From Macrostomum hystrix (taxonomy: Eukaryota > Animalia > Platyhelminthes): a DNA stretch of 64,000 bases. The notes under the pieces were generated by a model. That model made no database searches and had not been told where the DNA came from. It was given only the letters and a program-made list of their open reading frames with translations. A program made the position numbers and the translations under genes. Position 1 is the first letter of the stretch; each line of letters begins with the position of its first letter. This document shows positions 25,259 to 39,000 of this stretch, piece after piece. The stretch spans positions 24,180,001 to 24,244,000 of the forward strand of contig CATNEN010000038.1 of assembly GCA_950097015.1 (NCBI GenBank). The letters run 5' to 3'.

Positions 25259-25789
25259 GTGTTTGTTCCAGAAATAATGGTGTGCGAGTCCTTTGTTTTT
25301 AATTACTGATTTAGCCTGCTCTAAAATTAGAAATCAAACAACGGTTATCGTCTGTGAAGCTGAAAGTTTGATGGAGAAAAGTGAACTGATTGTTAAAAAA
25401 ATCTCTTGCTTCTTATATTTATTTCCAAGGCGGCAACACTATAAAGAAGAAACAGAGAAGTCGCTGCTAGCAATGCAGATTTCTACTGCTACAATAAAAT
25501 AGTATCGGGTGAAGAATGCGAGGCAAGTGAAGTATGTGAATCCACCTATGCATGATGGAATGACCTATGCAAATAATTCTACTCACATATGCTAGTCAGT
25601 CCCCCTCTTCTCATTTTCTAGGAAATGCCACTTGGCTTGGTAATCAAAGCTTCTCTGCTCAAATATGCATGCTCGTGTGTCCTCAAAGTACTCAACATTT
25701 TGCATCCTATAGTTCAATCATTCATTAATCGTTAGATTCTAGATTCCATTCTTGGGATATTCACTAAATTCGCAGGTAGAAACAGGCCA

Positions 25790-26597
25790 TGGGAATAGGG
25801 GAAGAGTATGGGATAACTAGAAAGGTTATGGGATAATGAAGAAGGGTATGGGATAACTAGAAAGGTTATGGGATAATGAAGAAGGGTATGGGATAACTAG
25901 AAAGGTTATGGGATAATGAAGAAGGGTATGGGATAACTAGAAAGGTTATGGGATAATGAAGAAGGGTATGGGATAACCAGGTAGGGCATAGGATAAGTTA
26001 GGAAATTTTTGGGATAACCAGGAAGGGCATAGGATAAGTTAGGAAATTTATGAGATAACCAGGAAGGGTATAGGATAACCAGGAAGGGTATGGGATAACC
26101 GGGAAGGGTATGGGATAACCAGGAAGGGTATGGGATAATGAGGAAGGGTATGAGATAATAAATAAGGGTATGGGATAATAAAGAAGGGTATGGGATAATA
26201 AAGAAGGGTATGGGATAATAAAGAAGGGTATGGGATAACCAAGAAGGGTATGGGATAATCAGGAAGGGTATGGGATAATAAAGAAAGGTATGGGATAATA
26301 AAGAAGGGTATGTGATAATAAAGAAAGGTAATGGGATAATAAAGAAGGGTATGGGATAATAAAGAAGGGTATGGGATAATAAAGAAAGGTATGGGATAAT
26401 AAAGAAGGGTATGTGATAATAAAGAAAGGTAATGGGATAATAAAGAAGGGTATGGGATAATAAAGAAGGGTATGGGATAATAAAGAAGGGTATGGGATAA
26501 TAAAGAAGGGTATGGGATAATAAAGAAGGGTATGGGATAACCAAGAAGGGTATGGGATAATAAAGAAGGGTATGGGATAATAAAGAAGGGTATGGGT
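25790..26597. repeat. Minisatellite, 20-bp unit (40-bp dimer at the left end)
   Basis: GGGATAATAAAGAAGGGTAT and variants. Confidence 0.95.
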
Positions 26598-26981
26598 ATT
26601 CAAAATTCTGTTGTTGAAAACATAATACTGTAAAATAAATGCAATAGAGACCGACTTTTGCCATAGACAGTCTCCAGGATAGGGATGCGTATAAGAGCCT
26701 TATCAAGGACAACTTGATAACTTATAATTGGGACTGTGTGAACCTAGAACCAGCCTAGAACCTAGAGCCAGTGAGCAAGTAGTTAACAAATATTGATCAT
26801 CTTTGGCACATATATTTCGCGAAGAACTAAATTTGCCATAGACATAAGTTTAAAATCAGCAGAGCAACTCACGATACAAACACCTAGCTGAACTAAAAGA
26901 ACTTAGGCTTTAATGACTTGCCTACAGACTTGTTTTGTTAAACTTTACGCTCAGGCATCGACTATCAATCATTCTGACACC

Positions 26982-27616
26982 ATGGATCAGCCAACATATC
27001 TGGCCTTCGCTCCCCTGGCACGGCTTTGGCGAGAGGACGATTTTAAAATCAAATCGATCAAAAATCTGTCACCAAGGCATAAAGAATTGCTTAAACAAAC
27101 TGCTCTAGATATGCACCTCACTACCGCCTGCTCAGTGCTAACCATTGTTATGTTTAACGGCATGATAGCAGCTCTCTGTTCGGGTGAGTAGCCTCTCACT
27201 GTTAGCCTCTCACTGTTAGCCTCTCGCTGTTAGCCTCTCACTGTTAGCCTCTCACTGTTAGCCTCTCGCTGTTAGCCTCTCACTGTTAGCCTCTCACTGT
27301 TAGTCTCTCACTGTTAGCCTCTCACTGTTAGCCTCTCACTGTTAGCCTCTCACTGTTAGCCTCTCACTGTTAGCCTCTCACTGTTAGCCTCTCACTGTTA
27401 GCCTCTCACTGTTAGCCTCTCACTGTTAGCCTCTCACTGTTTTCTGCAGGCATAACCATGTACAAAACCGCGGGCAAGCGGACTCAACAGGTGATGGACA
27501 TTGAGTATGCTGGAAGAATACTCATTCTCATCGGATGGAGCTGCTTTATCCTGCTAATTCTCACCATGTTGCTAGTGAAGAATACTGGCAGTCGCTCGGG
27601 TGCTCTAGACGGTTGA
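26982..27616 (+). CDS. Small two-hydrophobic-segment membrane protein (~122 aa), possibly CD225/dispanin-like
   Basis: Exons 26982-27183 and 27450-27616 join in frame (phase 1, GTGAG...TTTTCTGCAG). Hydrophobic stretches are LTTACSVLTIVMFNGMIAALCSGI and ILILIGWSCFILLILTMLLV. An in-frame acceptor at about 26955 may extend the 5' end. The family call rests on topology only. Confidence 0.65.
27189..27442. repeat. 14-bp minisatellite (~18 copies) forming nearly the whole intron
   Basis: GCCTCTCACTGTTA from about 5 nt after the donor to about 8 nt before the acceptor. Confidence 0.97.
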
Positions 27617-27914
27617 GCGCCACTTGAGTTGATTGCTCTTTATCGATTTAAACCTTGTTAATTTAACTACACTTTTTGTCAAAGTGCGCAAACTAAAAAA
27701 TTGATTCGTTAAATGATTTAACTAACAATAAATGCTCAACTTGGCCGTCTTACAGTTTAAACATTCTACTCCAAAAGAAAAAGAAAAAAAAGAATACGAA
27801 ATAGTCTCGTGTGGCAATTTTGTTCAAATTCTCTCCTGTTCACGTTACCTTTCTCAGGTTATCACTCTTCTCTCTCCATCTTCCTTTCTGTCCGGTTTTT
27901 CTCCCGATCCTTCT

Positions 27915-28481
27915 GTCTCCTCCTCCTTCTCTCCCTTCCCTTCTCCCCCTCCTCCTTCTCTCCCTCCTCCTTCTCTCCCTCCTTCTCTCTCCCTCCTTCT
28001 CTCTCCCTCCTCCTTCTCTCCCTCCTCCTTCTCTCCCTCCTCCTTCTCTACCTCCTCCTTCTCTCCCTCCTCCTTCTCTCCCTCCTCCTTCTCTACCTCC
28101 TCCTTCTCTCCCTCCTTCTCTCTCCCTCCTCCTTCTCTCCCTCCTCCTTCTCTCCCTCCTCCTTGTCTCCCTCCTTCTCTCTCCCTCCTCCTTCTCTCCC
28201 TCCTCCTTCTCTCCCTCCTCCTTCTCTCCCTCCTCCTTCTCTCCCTCCTCCTTCTCTCCCTCCTCCTTCTCTCCCTCCTCCTTCTCTCCCTCCTCCTTCT
28301 CTCCCTCCTCCTTCTCTCCCTCCTCCTTCTATCCCTCCTCCTTCTCTCCCTCCTCCTTCTCTCCCTCCTCCTTCTCTCCCTCCTCCTTCTCTCCCTCCTC
28401 CTTCTCTCCCTCCTCCTTCTCTCCCTCCTCCTTCTCTCCCTCCTCCTTCTCTCCCTCCTCCTTCTCTCCCTCCTCCTTCTC
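27915..28481. repeat. Homopyrimidine/homopurine 15-bp array
   Basis: CTCCTTCTCTCCCTC units, almost no purines on the + strand. Confidence 0.95.
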
Positions 28482-28974
28482 GCTAATTATTTGCTGACCT
28501 ACCCCCAAAATATTTCTATGTTTCTCTCATTCAAGAGTATCATAGGAATCTAAGCAAGAGACTAAAATTAATCAGACAGCCAATGAAGTAACAAGATACA
28601 TATAGCTTACACTTGATCTTACTCTATAATGTCTACCCTTTTATAGTCTTGTTGACTCATTGGTTGTCTATAAAAAAACCATATCCGGTGGGTTAACATA
28701 ATGCTAATTCACTCGTATAAGCAACATATCTGATTACAATGGCTTGAAAATAGATATATTTTGAACTGCTCGTTGTAGTGGACACTTGTATAGGGAATCA
28801 GCTATTCAGGAAGTGAGGTTTACGCACAAACTCGACATATATCTAGAAGGTACAAAGACGAGTTAATTTAGCAACTTGAACCGGCATTAACTTTCTAAGA
28901 CTTTTTGGAGATATAGTAAGTAACAAAGTTGCAAATTATTTTATTGGTTATTATGTATACCAAGCAAGCCCATT

Positions 28975-30156
28975 GGAAATCCATCCCATCGGCTAGACTA
29001 GCAATCCATTCCATTCCCATCGGCTACACTAACAATCCATTCCATTCCCATCGGCTAGACTAGCAATCCATTCCATTCCCATCGGCTAGACTAGCAATCC
29101 ATTCCATTCCCATCTGCTAGACTAGCAATCCATTCCATTCCCATCGGCTAGACTAGCAATCCATTCCATTTCCATCGGCTAGACTAGCAATCCATTCCAT
29201 TCCCATCTGCTAGACTAGTAATCCATTCCATTCCCATCGGCTAGACTAGCAATCCATTCCATTCCCATCGGCTAGACTAGCAATCCATTCCATTCCTATC
29301 GGCTAGACTAGCAATCCATTCCATTCCCATCTGCTAGACTAGCAATCCATTCCATTCCCATCGGCTAGACTAGCAATCCATTCCATTCCTATCGGCTAGA
29401 CTAGCAATCCATTCCATTCCTATCGGCTAGACTAGCAATCCATTCCATTCCTATCGGCTAGACTAGCAATCCATTCCATTCCCATCTGCTAGACTAGCAA
29501 TCCATTCCATTCCCATCTGCTAGACTAGCAATCCATTCCATTCCCATCTGCTAGACTAGCAATCCATTCCATTCCTATCGGCTAGACTAGCAATCCATTC
29601 CATTCCTATCGGCTAGACTAGCAATCCATTCCATTCCCATCTGCTAGACTAGCAATCCATTCCATTCCTATCGGCTAGACTAGCAATCCATTCCATTCCT
29701 ATCGGCTAGACTAGCAATCCATTCCATTCCTATCGGCTAGACTAGCAATCCATTCCATTTCCATCTGCTAGACTAGCAATCCATTCCATTCCCATCTGCT
29801 AGACTAGCAATCCATTCCATTCCCATCTGCTAGACTAGCAATCCATTCCATTCCCATCGGCTAGACTAGCAATCCATTCCATTCCCATCTGCTAGACTAG
29901 CAATCCATTCCATTCCCATCGGCTAGACTAGCAATCCATTCCATTCCCATCTGCTAGACTAGCAATCTATTCCATTCCCATCGGCTAGACTAGCAATCCA
30001 TTCCATTCCCATCTGCTAGACTAGCAATCTATTCCATTCCCATCGGCTAGACTAGCAATCCATTCCATTTCCATCGGCTAGACTAGCAATCCATTCCATT
30101 CCTATCTGCTAGACTAGCAATCCATTCCATTCCTATCGGCTAGACTAGCAATCCAT
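28975..30156. repeat. Minisatellite, 31-bp unit (~38 copies), TAGACTAGCAATCCATT-core family
   Basis: GGCTAGACTAGCAATCCATTCCATTCCCATC. Confidence 0.97.
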
Positions 30157-30193
30157 AGCTGAATCGAATGATTATTTGACACCCCAGACCAGA

Positions 30194-30523
30194 ATGTCAG
30201 CAGTCGGCAGTCCTGGCAGCTGTCAAATATTTGGCTACCGGGTCACACTGTCCGTAGCTCAAACCTGGCTAGCACTGGTTGGCATAGCAGCCGCCCTGCT
30301 GTTGAACATCATCTTCATCAGTCTGACTGTACATCTCTGCGCTTCGAATCGTCGTCTTAGGCGGAGCGCCACTTATCGAGCGAGTCCGTCTAGCGGTCGT
30401 CTGGTGTTCGACAACTGCTCGCCAACCGAAGTTGACGACGGTAGAAACTCGAAACTGGTGTCAGTGAACAGTAAGTCAAGTGCTGCAGCTGCTGCTGCTG
30501 CTACTGGAACGGCAGCCAACTAA
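30194..30523 (+). CDS. Small single-pass membrane protein (~109 aa) or terminal exon
   Basis: GC-richer non-repetitive ORF MSAVGSPGSCQIFG..., with a TM segment WLALVGIAAALLLNIIFISLTVHLC followed by basic NRRLRR. Preceded by an acceptor-like CCCCAG at about 30186; AATAAA-like signals near 30597-30607. Confidence 0.6.
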   Translation: MSAVGSPGSCQIFGYRVTLSVAQTWLALVGIAAALLLNIIFISLTVHLCASNRRLRRSATYRASPSSGRLVFDNCSPTEVDDGRNSKLVSVNSKSSAAAAAAATGTAAN

Positions 30524-30797
30524 TTGATATTGTACTCAAAACTCGTTGCAAGATAGTAGTAAACTATGAAGTTTCAGTAAGTAAAGATTTGTTTATAATA
30601 AAATAAATGAACCAACCATTTTAAACTGTCATTTTTTTATACAAATAACAAAGATAATTAAATAAATTGTTAGAATTACGATTATTTTTAATTAGATGAA
30701 TCGAGAAATTGAGAAAACTTCTTAAATTAAAAAGATTTTCACGAAAACCGACGATTTTTAATCATTATTATAATCGAATTTTAAGAATAAAAATATA

Positions 30798-33519
30798 GAC
30801 GATTCTTATTGAATTCGACGAATCAAGAATTTGACGATTCTTATTGAATTCGACGAATCAAGAATTTGACGATTCTTATTGAATTCGACGAATCAAGAAT
30901 TTGACGATTCTTATTGAATTCGACGAATCAAGAATTTGACGATTCTTATTGAATTCGACGAATCAAGAATTTGACGATTCTTATTGAATTCGACGAATCA
31001 AGAATTTGACGATTCTTATTGAATTCGACGAATCAAGAATTTGACGATTCTTATTGAATTCGACGAATCAAGAATTTGACGATTCTTATTGAATTCGACG
31101 AATCAAGAATTTGACGATTCTTATTGAATTCGACGAATCAAGAATTTGACGATTCTTATTGAATTCGACGAATCAAGAATTTGACGATTCTTATTGAATT
31201 CGACGAATCAAGAATTTGACGATTCTTATTGAATTCGACGAATCAAGAATTTGACGATTCTTATTGAATTCGACGAATCAAGAATTTGACGATTCTTATT
31301 GATTAGACGAATCTAGAAATCGACGATTCTTATTGAACTCGACGAATCCAGAAATCCACGATTCTTATTGAACTCGACGAATCCAGAAATCCACGATTCG
31401 TATTGAATTCGACGAATCAAGAATTTGACGATTCTTATTGAATTCGACGAATCAAGAATTTGACGATTCTTATTGATTAGACGAATCTAGAAATCGACGA
31501 TTCTTATTGAACTCGACGAATCCAGAAATCCACGATTCTTATTGAACTCGACGAATCCAGAAATCCACGATTCGTATTGAATTCGACGAATCAAGAAATC
31601 CACGATTCTTATGGAATTCGACGAATCAAGAATTTGACGATTCTTATTGAATTCGACGAATCAAGAATTTGACGATTCTTATTGAATTCGACGAATCAAG
31701 AATTTGACGATTCTTATTGAATTCGACGAATCAAGAATTTGACGATTCTTATTGAATTCGACGAATCAAGAATTTGACGATTCTTATTGATTTCGACGAA
31801 TCAAGAATTTGATGATTCTTATTGATTTCGACGAATCAAGAATTTGACGATTCTTATTGAATTCGATGAATCAAGAATTTGACGATTCTTATTGAATTCG
31901 ACGAATCAAGAAATCGACGATTCTTATTGAATTCGACGAATCAAGAAATCCACGATTCTTATTGAATTCGATGAATCAAGAAATCCACGATTCTTATTGA
32001 ATTCGATGAATCAAGAAATCCACGATTCTTATTGAATTCGACGAATCATGAATTTGACGATTCTTATTGAATTCGACGAATCAAGAATTTGACGATTCTT
32101 ATTGAATTCGACGAATTAAGAATTTGACGATTCTTATTGATTTCGACGAATCAAGAATTTGACGATTCTTATTGAATTCGATGAATCAAGAATTTGACGA
32201 TTCTTATTGAATTCGACGAATCAAGAATTTGACGATTCTTATTGAATTCGACGAATCAAGAATTTGACGATTCTTATTGATTTCGACGAATCAAGAATTT
32301 GACGATTCTTATTGAATTCGATGAATCAAGAATTTGACGATTCTTATTGAATTCGACGAATCAAGAAATCGACGATTCTTATTGAATTCGACGAATCAAG
32401 AATTTGACGATTCTTATTGAATTCGACGAATCAAGAAATCGACGATTCTTATTGAATTCGACGAATCCAGAAATCCACGATTCTTATTGAATTCGACGAA
32501 TCAAGAAATCCACGATTCTTATTGAATTCGACGAATTAAGAATTTGACGATTCTTATTGATTTCGACGAATCAAGAATTTGACGATTCTTATTGAATTCG
32601 ATGAATCAAGAATTTGACGATTCTTATTGAATTCGACGAATCAAGAATTTGACGATTCTTATTGAATTCGACGAATCAAGAATTTGACGATTCTTATTGA
32701 TTTCGACGAATCAAGAATTTGACGATTCTTATTGAATTCGATGAATCAAGAATTTGACGATTCTTATTGAATTCGACGAATCAAGAAATCGACGATTCTT
32801 ATTGAATTCGACGAATCAAGAATTTGACGATTCTTATTGAATTCGACGAATCAAGAAATCGACGATTCTTATTGAATTCGACGAATCAAGAAATCCACGA
32901 TTCTTATTGAATTCGACGAATCAAGAAATCCACGATTCTTATTGAATTCGATGAATCAAGAAATCCACGATTCTTATGGAATTCGACGAATCAAGAATTT
33001 GACGATTCTTGTTGAATTCGACGAATCAAGAATTTGACGATTCTTATTGATTTCGACGAATCAAGAATTTGACGATTCTTATTGAATTCGATGAATCAAG
33101 AATTTGACGATTCTTATTGAATTCGACGAATCAAGAATTTGACGATTCTTATTGAATTCGACGAATCAAGAATTTGACGATTCTTATTGATTTCGACGAA
33201 TCAAGAATTTGACGATTCTTATTGAATTCGATGAATCAAGAATTTGACGATTCTTATTGAATTCGACGAATCAAGAATTTGACGATTCTTATTGAATTCG
33301 ACGAATCAAGAATTTGACGATTCTTATTGAATTCGACGAATCAAGAATTTGACGATTCTTATTGAATTCGACGAATCAAGAAATCCACGATTCTTATTGA
33401 ATTCGACGAATCAAGAAATCCACGATTCTTATTGAATTCGATGAATCAAGAAATCCACGATTCTTATGGAATTCGACGAATCAAGAATTTGACGATTCTT
33501 GTTGAATTCGACGAATCAA
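30798..33519. repeat. Largest array: 35-bp CpG-containing quasi-palindromic satellite (~78 copies)
   Basis: GACGATTCTTATTGAATTCGACGAATCAAGAATTT, with an EcoRI site in most units; includes a 420-bp higher-order duplication. Confidence 0.97.
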
Positions 33520-34202
33520 TATGAATGAATAAAACGATGATTCTTATTTTAATCCACGATATTTTTAATTCGACGAATCAATAAATTCAACATTTTTACT
33601 GAAAGCATTTTGTTTATGAATGTTTTTTGACCTGAAGTACATAAGAAACTTTTTAGTATGTTTATTTATTTTTTAGTTTTCCTTCTTTGTTAAGAAAATA
33701 AAGAAAAAAATAAAATGAAAAACTTTGTGCCGATGTAGCTGTCAATCATAATAGTTCCTTACAGCATGCTTTTCACCAATCAATCGAAGTGTATTATGAA
33801 ATTTTCAAAGGAATTTCAAAGTAGAAGCAATATGAGTTTTTTTACAGAAAATTATTGTAAGCATTAGCCAAAGCAAATATTGGTCATAAGCATTACTGAT
33901 TTGTATCATTCTACAACTGGTTATTTCATAGATCTAGACCTACACAGATCTATTTATCATCATCTACTCACAGTAGTACATAAGAGCATAATACGGAAAA
34001 AAAGAAAGAATATAAAATGTAAAACACAGGAATGTTAAATTGTAACTTTTAATGTGCTGGGGTAGGTAAACTTGCATATTCGCAAAAAGCACACATTATA
34101 TAAGCACTGAATAGTTTGGAATGTCTGTCGTAAAAAAACTAATATTTACACGATTAATTTAATAACCTATTGATGGCTGCGTGGAATGTTTGCGTGGCCG
34201 CG

Positions 34203-34890
34203 TCGACGACTCATGAAATTAACGACTGAAGAAATTAACGATTCAAGAAATAAACGACTTAAGAAACCGACGCTTTAAGACATCGAAGATTCTGGAAAAA
34301 TCGACGACTCAAGAAATCGACGACTCACGCAATCGACGACTCAAGAAATCTACGACTCAAGAAATCTACGACTCAAGAAATCTACGATTTAAGAAATCGA
34401 CGACTCTAAAAATAAACGATTCAAGAAATCGACAACTTAAGAAATCGACGATTTAAGAAATCGAAAATTCAGCAAAATGGACGACTCAAGAAATCGGCAA
34501 TATAGAGAAATTGACGACTCAAGAAATCAACAACTTAAGAAATGCCGACTCAAGAAATCGAGGATTCAAGAAATCGATGACTAAAGAAATGGACGCTTTA
34601 GAAAAATCGACGACTCAAGAAATCGAAAATTCAGCAAAAATCGACGACTCAAGAATGCGAAAATTCAGCAAATCGACGACTCAAGAAATCGAAAATTCAG
34701 CAAAAATCGACGACTCAAGAATGCGAAAATTCAGCAAAAATCGACGACTCAAGAATGCGAAGACTTAATAAATCGACGATTAAAAAAATCGACGACTCAA
34801 GAAATCGACGACTCAAGGACGACTCAAAAATTCGACGACTCAAGAAATTGACGCTTTAGATAAAGCTAGGATTCAGCAAAACGACGACTT
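34203..34890. repeat. Degenerate 16-bp array (TCGACGACTCAAGAAA) related to one half of the 35-bp unit
   Basis: Matches the GACGAATCAAGAAATC half-unit. Confidence 0.85.
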
Positions 34891-35117
34891 ACTAATGGTC
34901 CGAAAAGAACACGATGTGATTAAAATAGTAGGCAATGATTTGTCGTTGAGATGAGCTGCACAACACAACACGCTAACAATCATAATGGGTCACATTGTCG
35001 AGAGGGGCAGTTAAAACAGCCAGCATTGCAGGACACTTGCAAACGTAATTAGTTTACCAAACTAGACGATAAGCACTCATTTATCATCATAATTACTTAC
35101 CTTAGAAAAACCCACTT

Positions 35118-35950
35118 AAAATCCAATAATCTACTATCTCAAGTTAATAAAATCCCATAATCTACTATCTCAAGTTAATAAAATCCCATAATCTACCACC
35201 TCAAGCTAATAAAATCCCGTAATCAACTATCTCAAGTTAATAAAATCCCATAATCTACTATCTCAAGTTAATAAAATCCCATAATCTACTATCTCAAGTT
35301 AATAAAATCCCATAATATACTATCTCAAGTTAATAAAATCCCATAATCTACCATCTCAAGCTAATAAAATCCCATAATCTACCATCTCAAGCTAATAAAA
35401 TCCCATAATCTACTATTTCAAGTTAATAAAATCCCATAATCTACCATTTCAAGCTAATAAAATCCCATAATCTACTACCTCAAGTTAATAAAATCCCATA
35501 ATCTACTATCTCAAGTTAATAATATCCCATAATCTACTATCTCAAGCTAATAAAATCCCATAATCTACTATCTCAAGTTAATAAAATCTCATAATCTACC
35601 ATCTCAAGCTAATAAAATCCCATAATCTACCATCTCAAGCTAATAAAATCCCATAATCTACTATCTCAAGTTAATAAAATCCCATAATCTACCATCTCAA
35701 GCTAATAAAATCCCATAATCTACTATCTCAAGTTAATAATATCCCATAATCTACCATCTCAAGCTAATAATATCCCATAATCTACTATCTCAAGCTAATA
35801 AAATCCCATAATCTACTATCTCAAGTTAATAAAATCTCATAATCTACTATCTCAGGCTAAAAAACTCCCATAATCTACTATCTCAAGTTAATAAAATCCC
35901 ATAATCGACCATCTCAAACTAATAAAATCCCATAATCGACTATCTCAAGT
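35118..35950. repeat. Minisatellite, 31-bp unit (~27 copies)
   Basis: AATCCCATAATCTACTATCTCAAGTTAATAA. Confidence 0.95.
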
Positions 35951-36088
35951 TTAGACAAGTTGTTAGAAATGATTTAGAATATTTTCTCGTCTACACAGAG
36001 CGGGTGGCCATTTTGGCTTTCTAAATGAAAGCATAAAAAATACGGGACAATGTCGCAAAAAAATGTTGGGATCACGCAAATTTAGCAG

Positions 36089-39000
36089 CTAGCAAGCCAG
36101 AGCGGATGGTCCCAAACCTAGCAGCAGCAGCAGCAGCAGCAGAAGAGAAGGCAATATCGAGGTCAGGCCGGCGCGAGCTGAGGGCAAAGACCCTGAACAG
36201 ATGGCATTTCCGGTGCGGCCGGGAACGGGCGAGTCTGAGCCTGTCACAATGTGGCAGGGTATGAAGGGGACTAAGTTACTGATCATAACAACTAATTTCA
36301 TAATGAATACAACTGGCTACCTGACATGCAAGCTAGGTCGAAAATATCGATTTTAGGTAAAAAATATCCCCACCCATATTTATCAAATCTTACCCATGTC
36401 TTTACCGAATCTCACCCCTCGTCAATATCAAATCTCAGCACAGTCATTATCAAATCTCACCCCTGCCATTATCAAATCTCACCCCTGTCATTATCAAATC
36501 TCACCTCTGTCATGATCAACCTCTCCCCTGTCATTATCAAATCTCACCCCGTGTCAGTATCAAATCTCACCCCTGTCATTATCAAATCTCACCCCGTGTC
36601 ATTATCAAATCTCACCCCATGACAGTATCAAATCTCGTCCCCTGTCATTATCAAATCTCGTCCCCTGTCATTATCAAATCTCACCCCTGTCATTATCAAA
36701 TCTCGTCCCCTGTCATTATCAAATCTCGTCCCCTGTCATTATCAAATCTCACCCCTGTCATTATCAAATCTCACCTCTGTCATGATCAACCTCACCCCTG
36801 TCATTATCAAATCTTACCCCATGACAGTATCAAATCTCACCTCTGTCATGATCAACCTCACCCCTGTCATTATCAAATCTCACCCCTGTCATTATCAAAT
36901 CTCACCCCTGTCATTATCAAATCTTACCCCATGACAGTATCAAATCTCACCCCTGCCATTATCAAATTTCGTCCCCTGTCATTATCAAATCTCACCCCTT
37001 TCATTATCAAATCTCACCTCTGTCATGATCAACCTCACCCCTGTCATTATCAAATCTCACCCCTGCCATTATCAAATCTCGTCCCCTGTCATTATCAAAT
37101 CTCACCCCTGCCATTATCAAATCTCGTCCCCTGTCATTATCAAATCTCACCCCTTTCATTATCAAATCTCACCTCTGTCATGATCAACCTCACCCCTATC
37201 ATTATCAAATCTCACCCCTGCCATTATCAAATCTCGTCCCCTGTCATTATCAAATCTCACCCCTTTCATTATCAAATCTCACCCCTGTCATTATCAAATC
37301 TTACCCCATGACAGTATCAAATCTCACCCCTGCCATTATCAAATCTCGTCCCCTGTCATTATCAAATCTCACCCCTGCCATTATCAAATCTCGTCCCCTG
37401 TCATTATCAAATCTCACCCCTGTCATTATCAAATCTCACCTCTGTCATGATCAACCTCACCCCTGTCATTATCAAATCTTACCCCGTGTCAGTATCAAAT
37501 CTCTCCCCTGTCATTATCAAAACTCACCCTGTCATTATCAAATCTCACCCCTGTCATTATCAAATCTCACCTCTGTCATTATCAAATCTCAGCCCTGTCA
37601 TTATCAAATCTCACCTCTGTCATGATCAACCTCACCCCTGTCATTATCAAACCCCACCAAATGTCCATGTCAAATCTCCTGCACGCATTCTACCCGAACT
37701 CACTGGTTACTTGAATTGTGGCACTGCCAATGCCGTCTTTCACAGAATTCCTAGCTGTGCAAGTGTAGGAACCCAGATGGCTAGAACGGAAGGGATAGAT
37801 GAACACGGACAAGTAGACTGTTGAATCAGCGCCGAGCATGTAGAATAAGCGAACTCTGAAATTAGTAAGTAAGTAACTAATTAAAAATTATTTTTATCAC
37901 CTTGTCTGTTATCGCTACTATTCAATATCTTGTCACTTAACACCGTGATTTTTTGCTGCTTAATAGACTACTTTAAGTAGCAAGAATAAGAATTTTTCAA
38001 TTAAAACGGTTTTACGGCTATTAATTCAAATTTCATCGAGAATCAAACTGTGTCAGTTTTATTTGTATTTGTTACCTTAAAAAAGTCGTTACCTATCCCC
38101 CGCAATTTTTTTTCAAATCATACTAGAATAAATTAAATAACCTCAATGTAATTTATCATCTATAAAGACATTCTAATTTTAATTAAGATGTTGTAAAAAA
38201 GTTTTTAAAAACGTTACTTTTTGTTATCTCGTTACTTTTTTATATCGTTAATTTTTCAAATGTATCGTTAATCACCCGTTAACTCCGTGCTGGAGAGTTT
38301 CGCCGCCTTTAGTGATCGAGATTGCGCCCTCAGCCGGCACAGGATTGGCTTCAATCTCGCATAGCAACTCGAGGGTGCAGCCGTACTTTTGACTGGCGGT
38401 TAAACCGTTCTCAAAGCGCACGGAGGGCCTGAAATTGACGCTAAGCCGAACTGGCCACTGGCTGGAGCCAATCTTGTTGATGGCGTTACAGATGTACGTG
38501 CCCCGATCCGAAGCCTGCGGTGGGTTTTGCGATTATGCCCATTTTTTAGGCGATACACTTCAGAATAGATAGGATTGAAAATACCCGACATTTGAATTTA
38601 CTGATTAAATTCAGAATTATATTAATATAAGCTGCACACACGAGACAGAGTGCACACTGCCTGACGATGAAAAATATCATTGCAGATGTACACACCTGTT
38701 CAAGCGTGTCTGTGTGCTCAGGGATTAACAAAATGAGTAGAAATGCCGACGCAAATATATCCTACAAAAATGTATGATCTCAAATCTGCACCTGTACAGA
38801 TGAGAACACAATCTCTTCGCCTTCAACCTGACGACCGTAGTCGCGAATAACCGAGCTACTGCCAGCTGACCGCATCCAGTACAGCCGCGGAGTTGGCACC
38901 CCGGCGGCGCTGCACCTCAGCGTGATCGTGTCGCCGACGCTGGCCGCGGTTTCAAAAGAGGTGCTCTGGATTTGAAAGCGCGGCAATTCGTAGACGACAA

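Noticed and set aside
30798-33519. CRISPR array (35-bp palindromic repeat)
   Set aside because: Units are head-to-tail with no unique spacers, there are no cas genes, and the context is eukaryotic. The same applies to the other 24-48-bp arrays.
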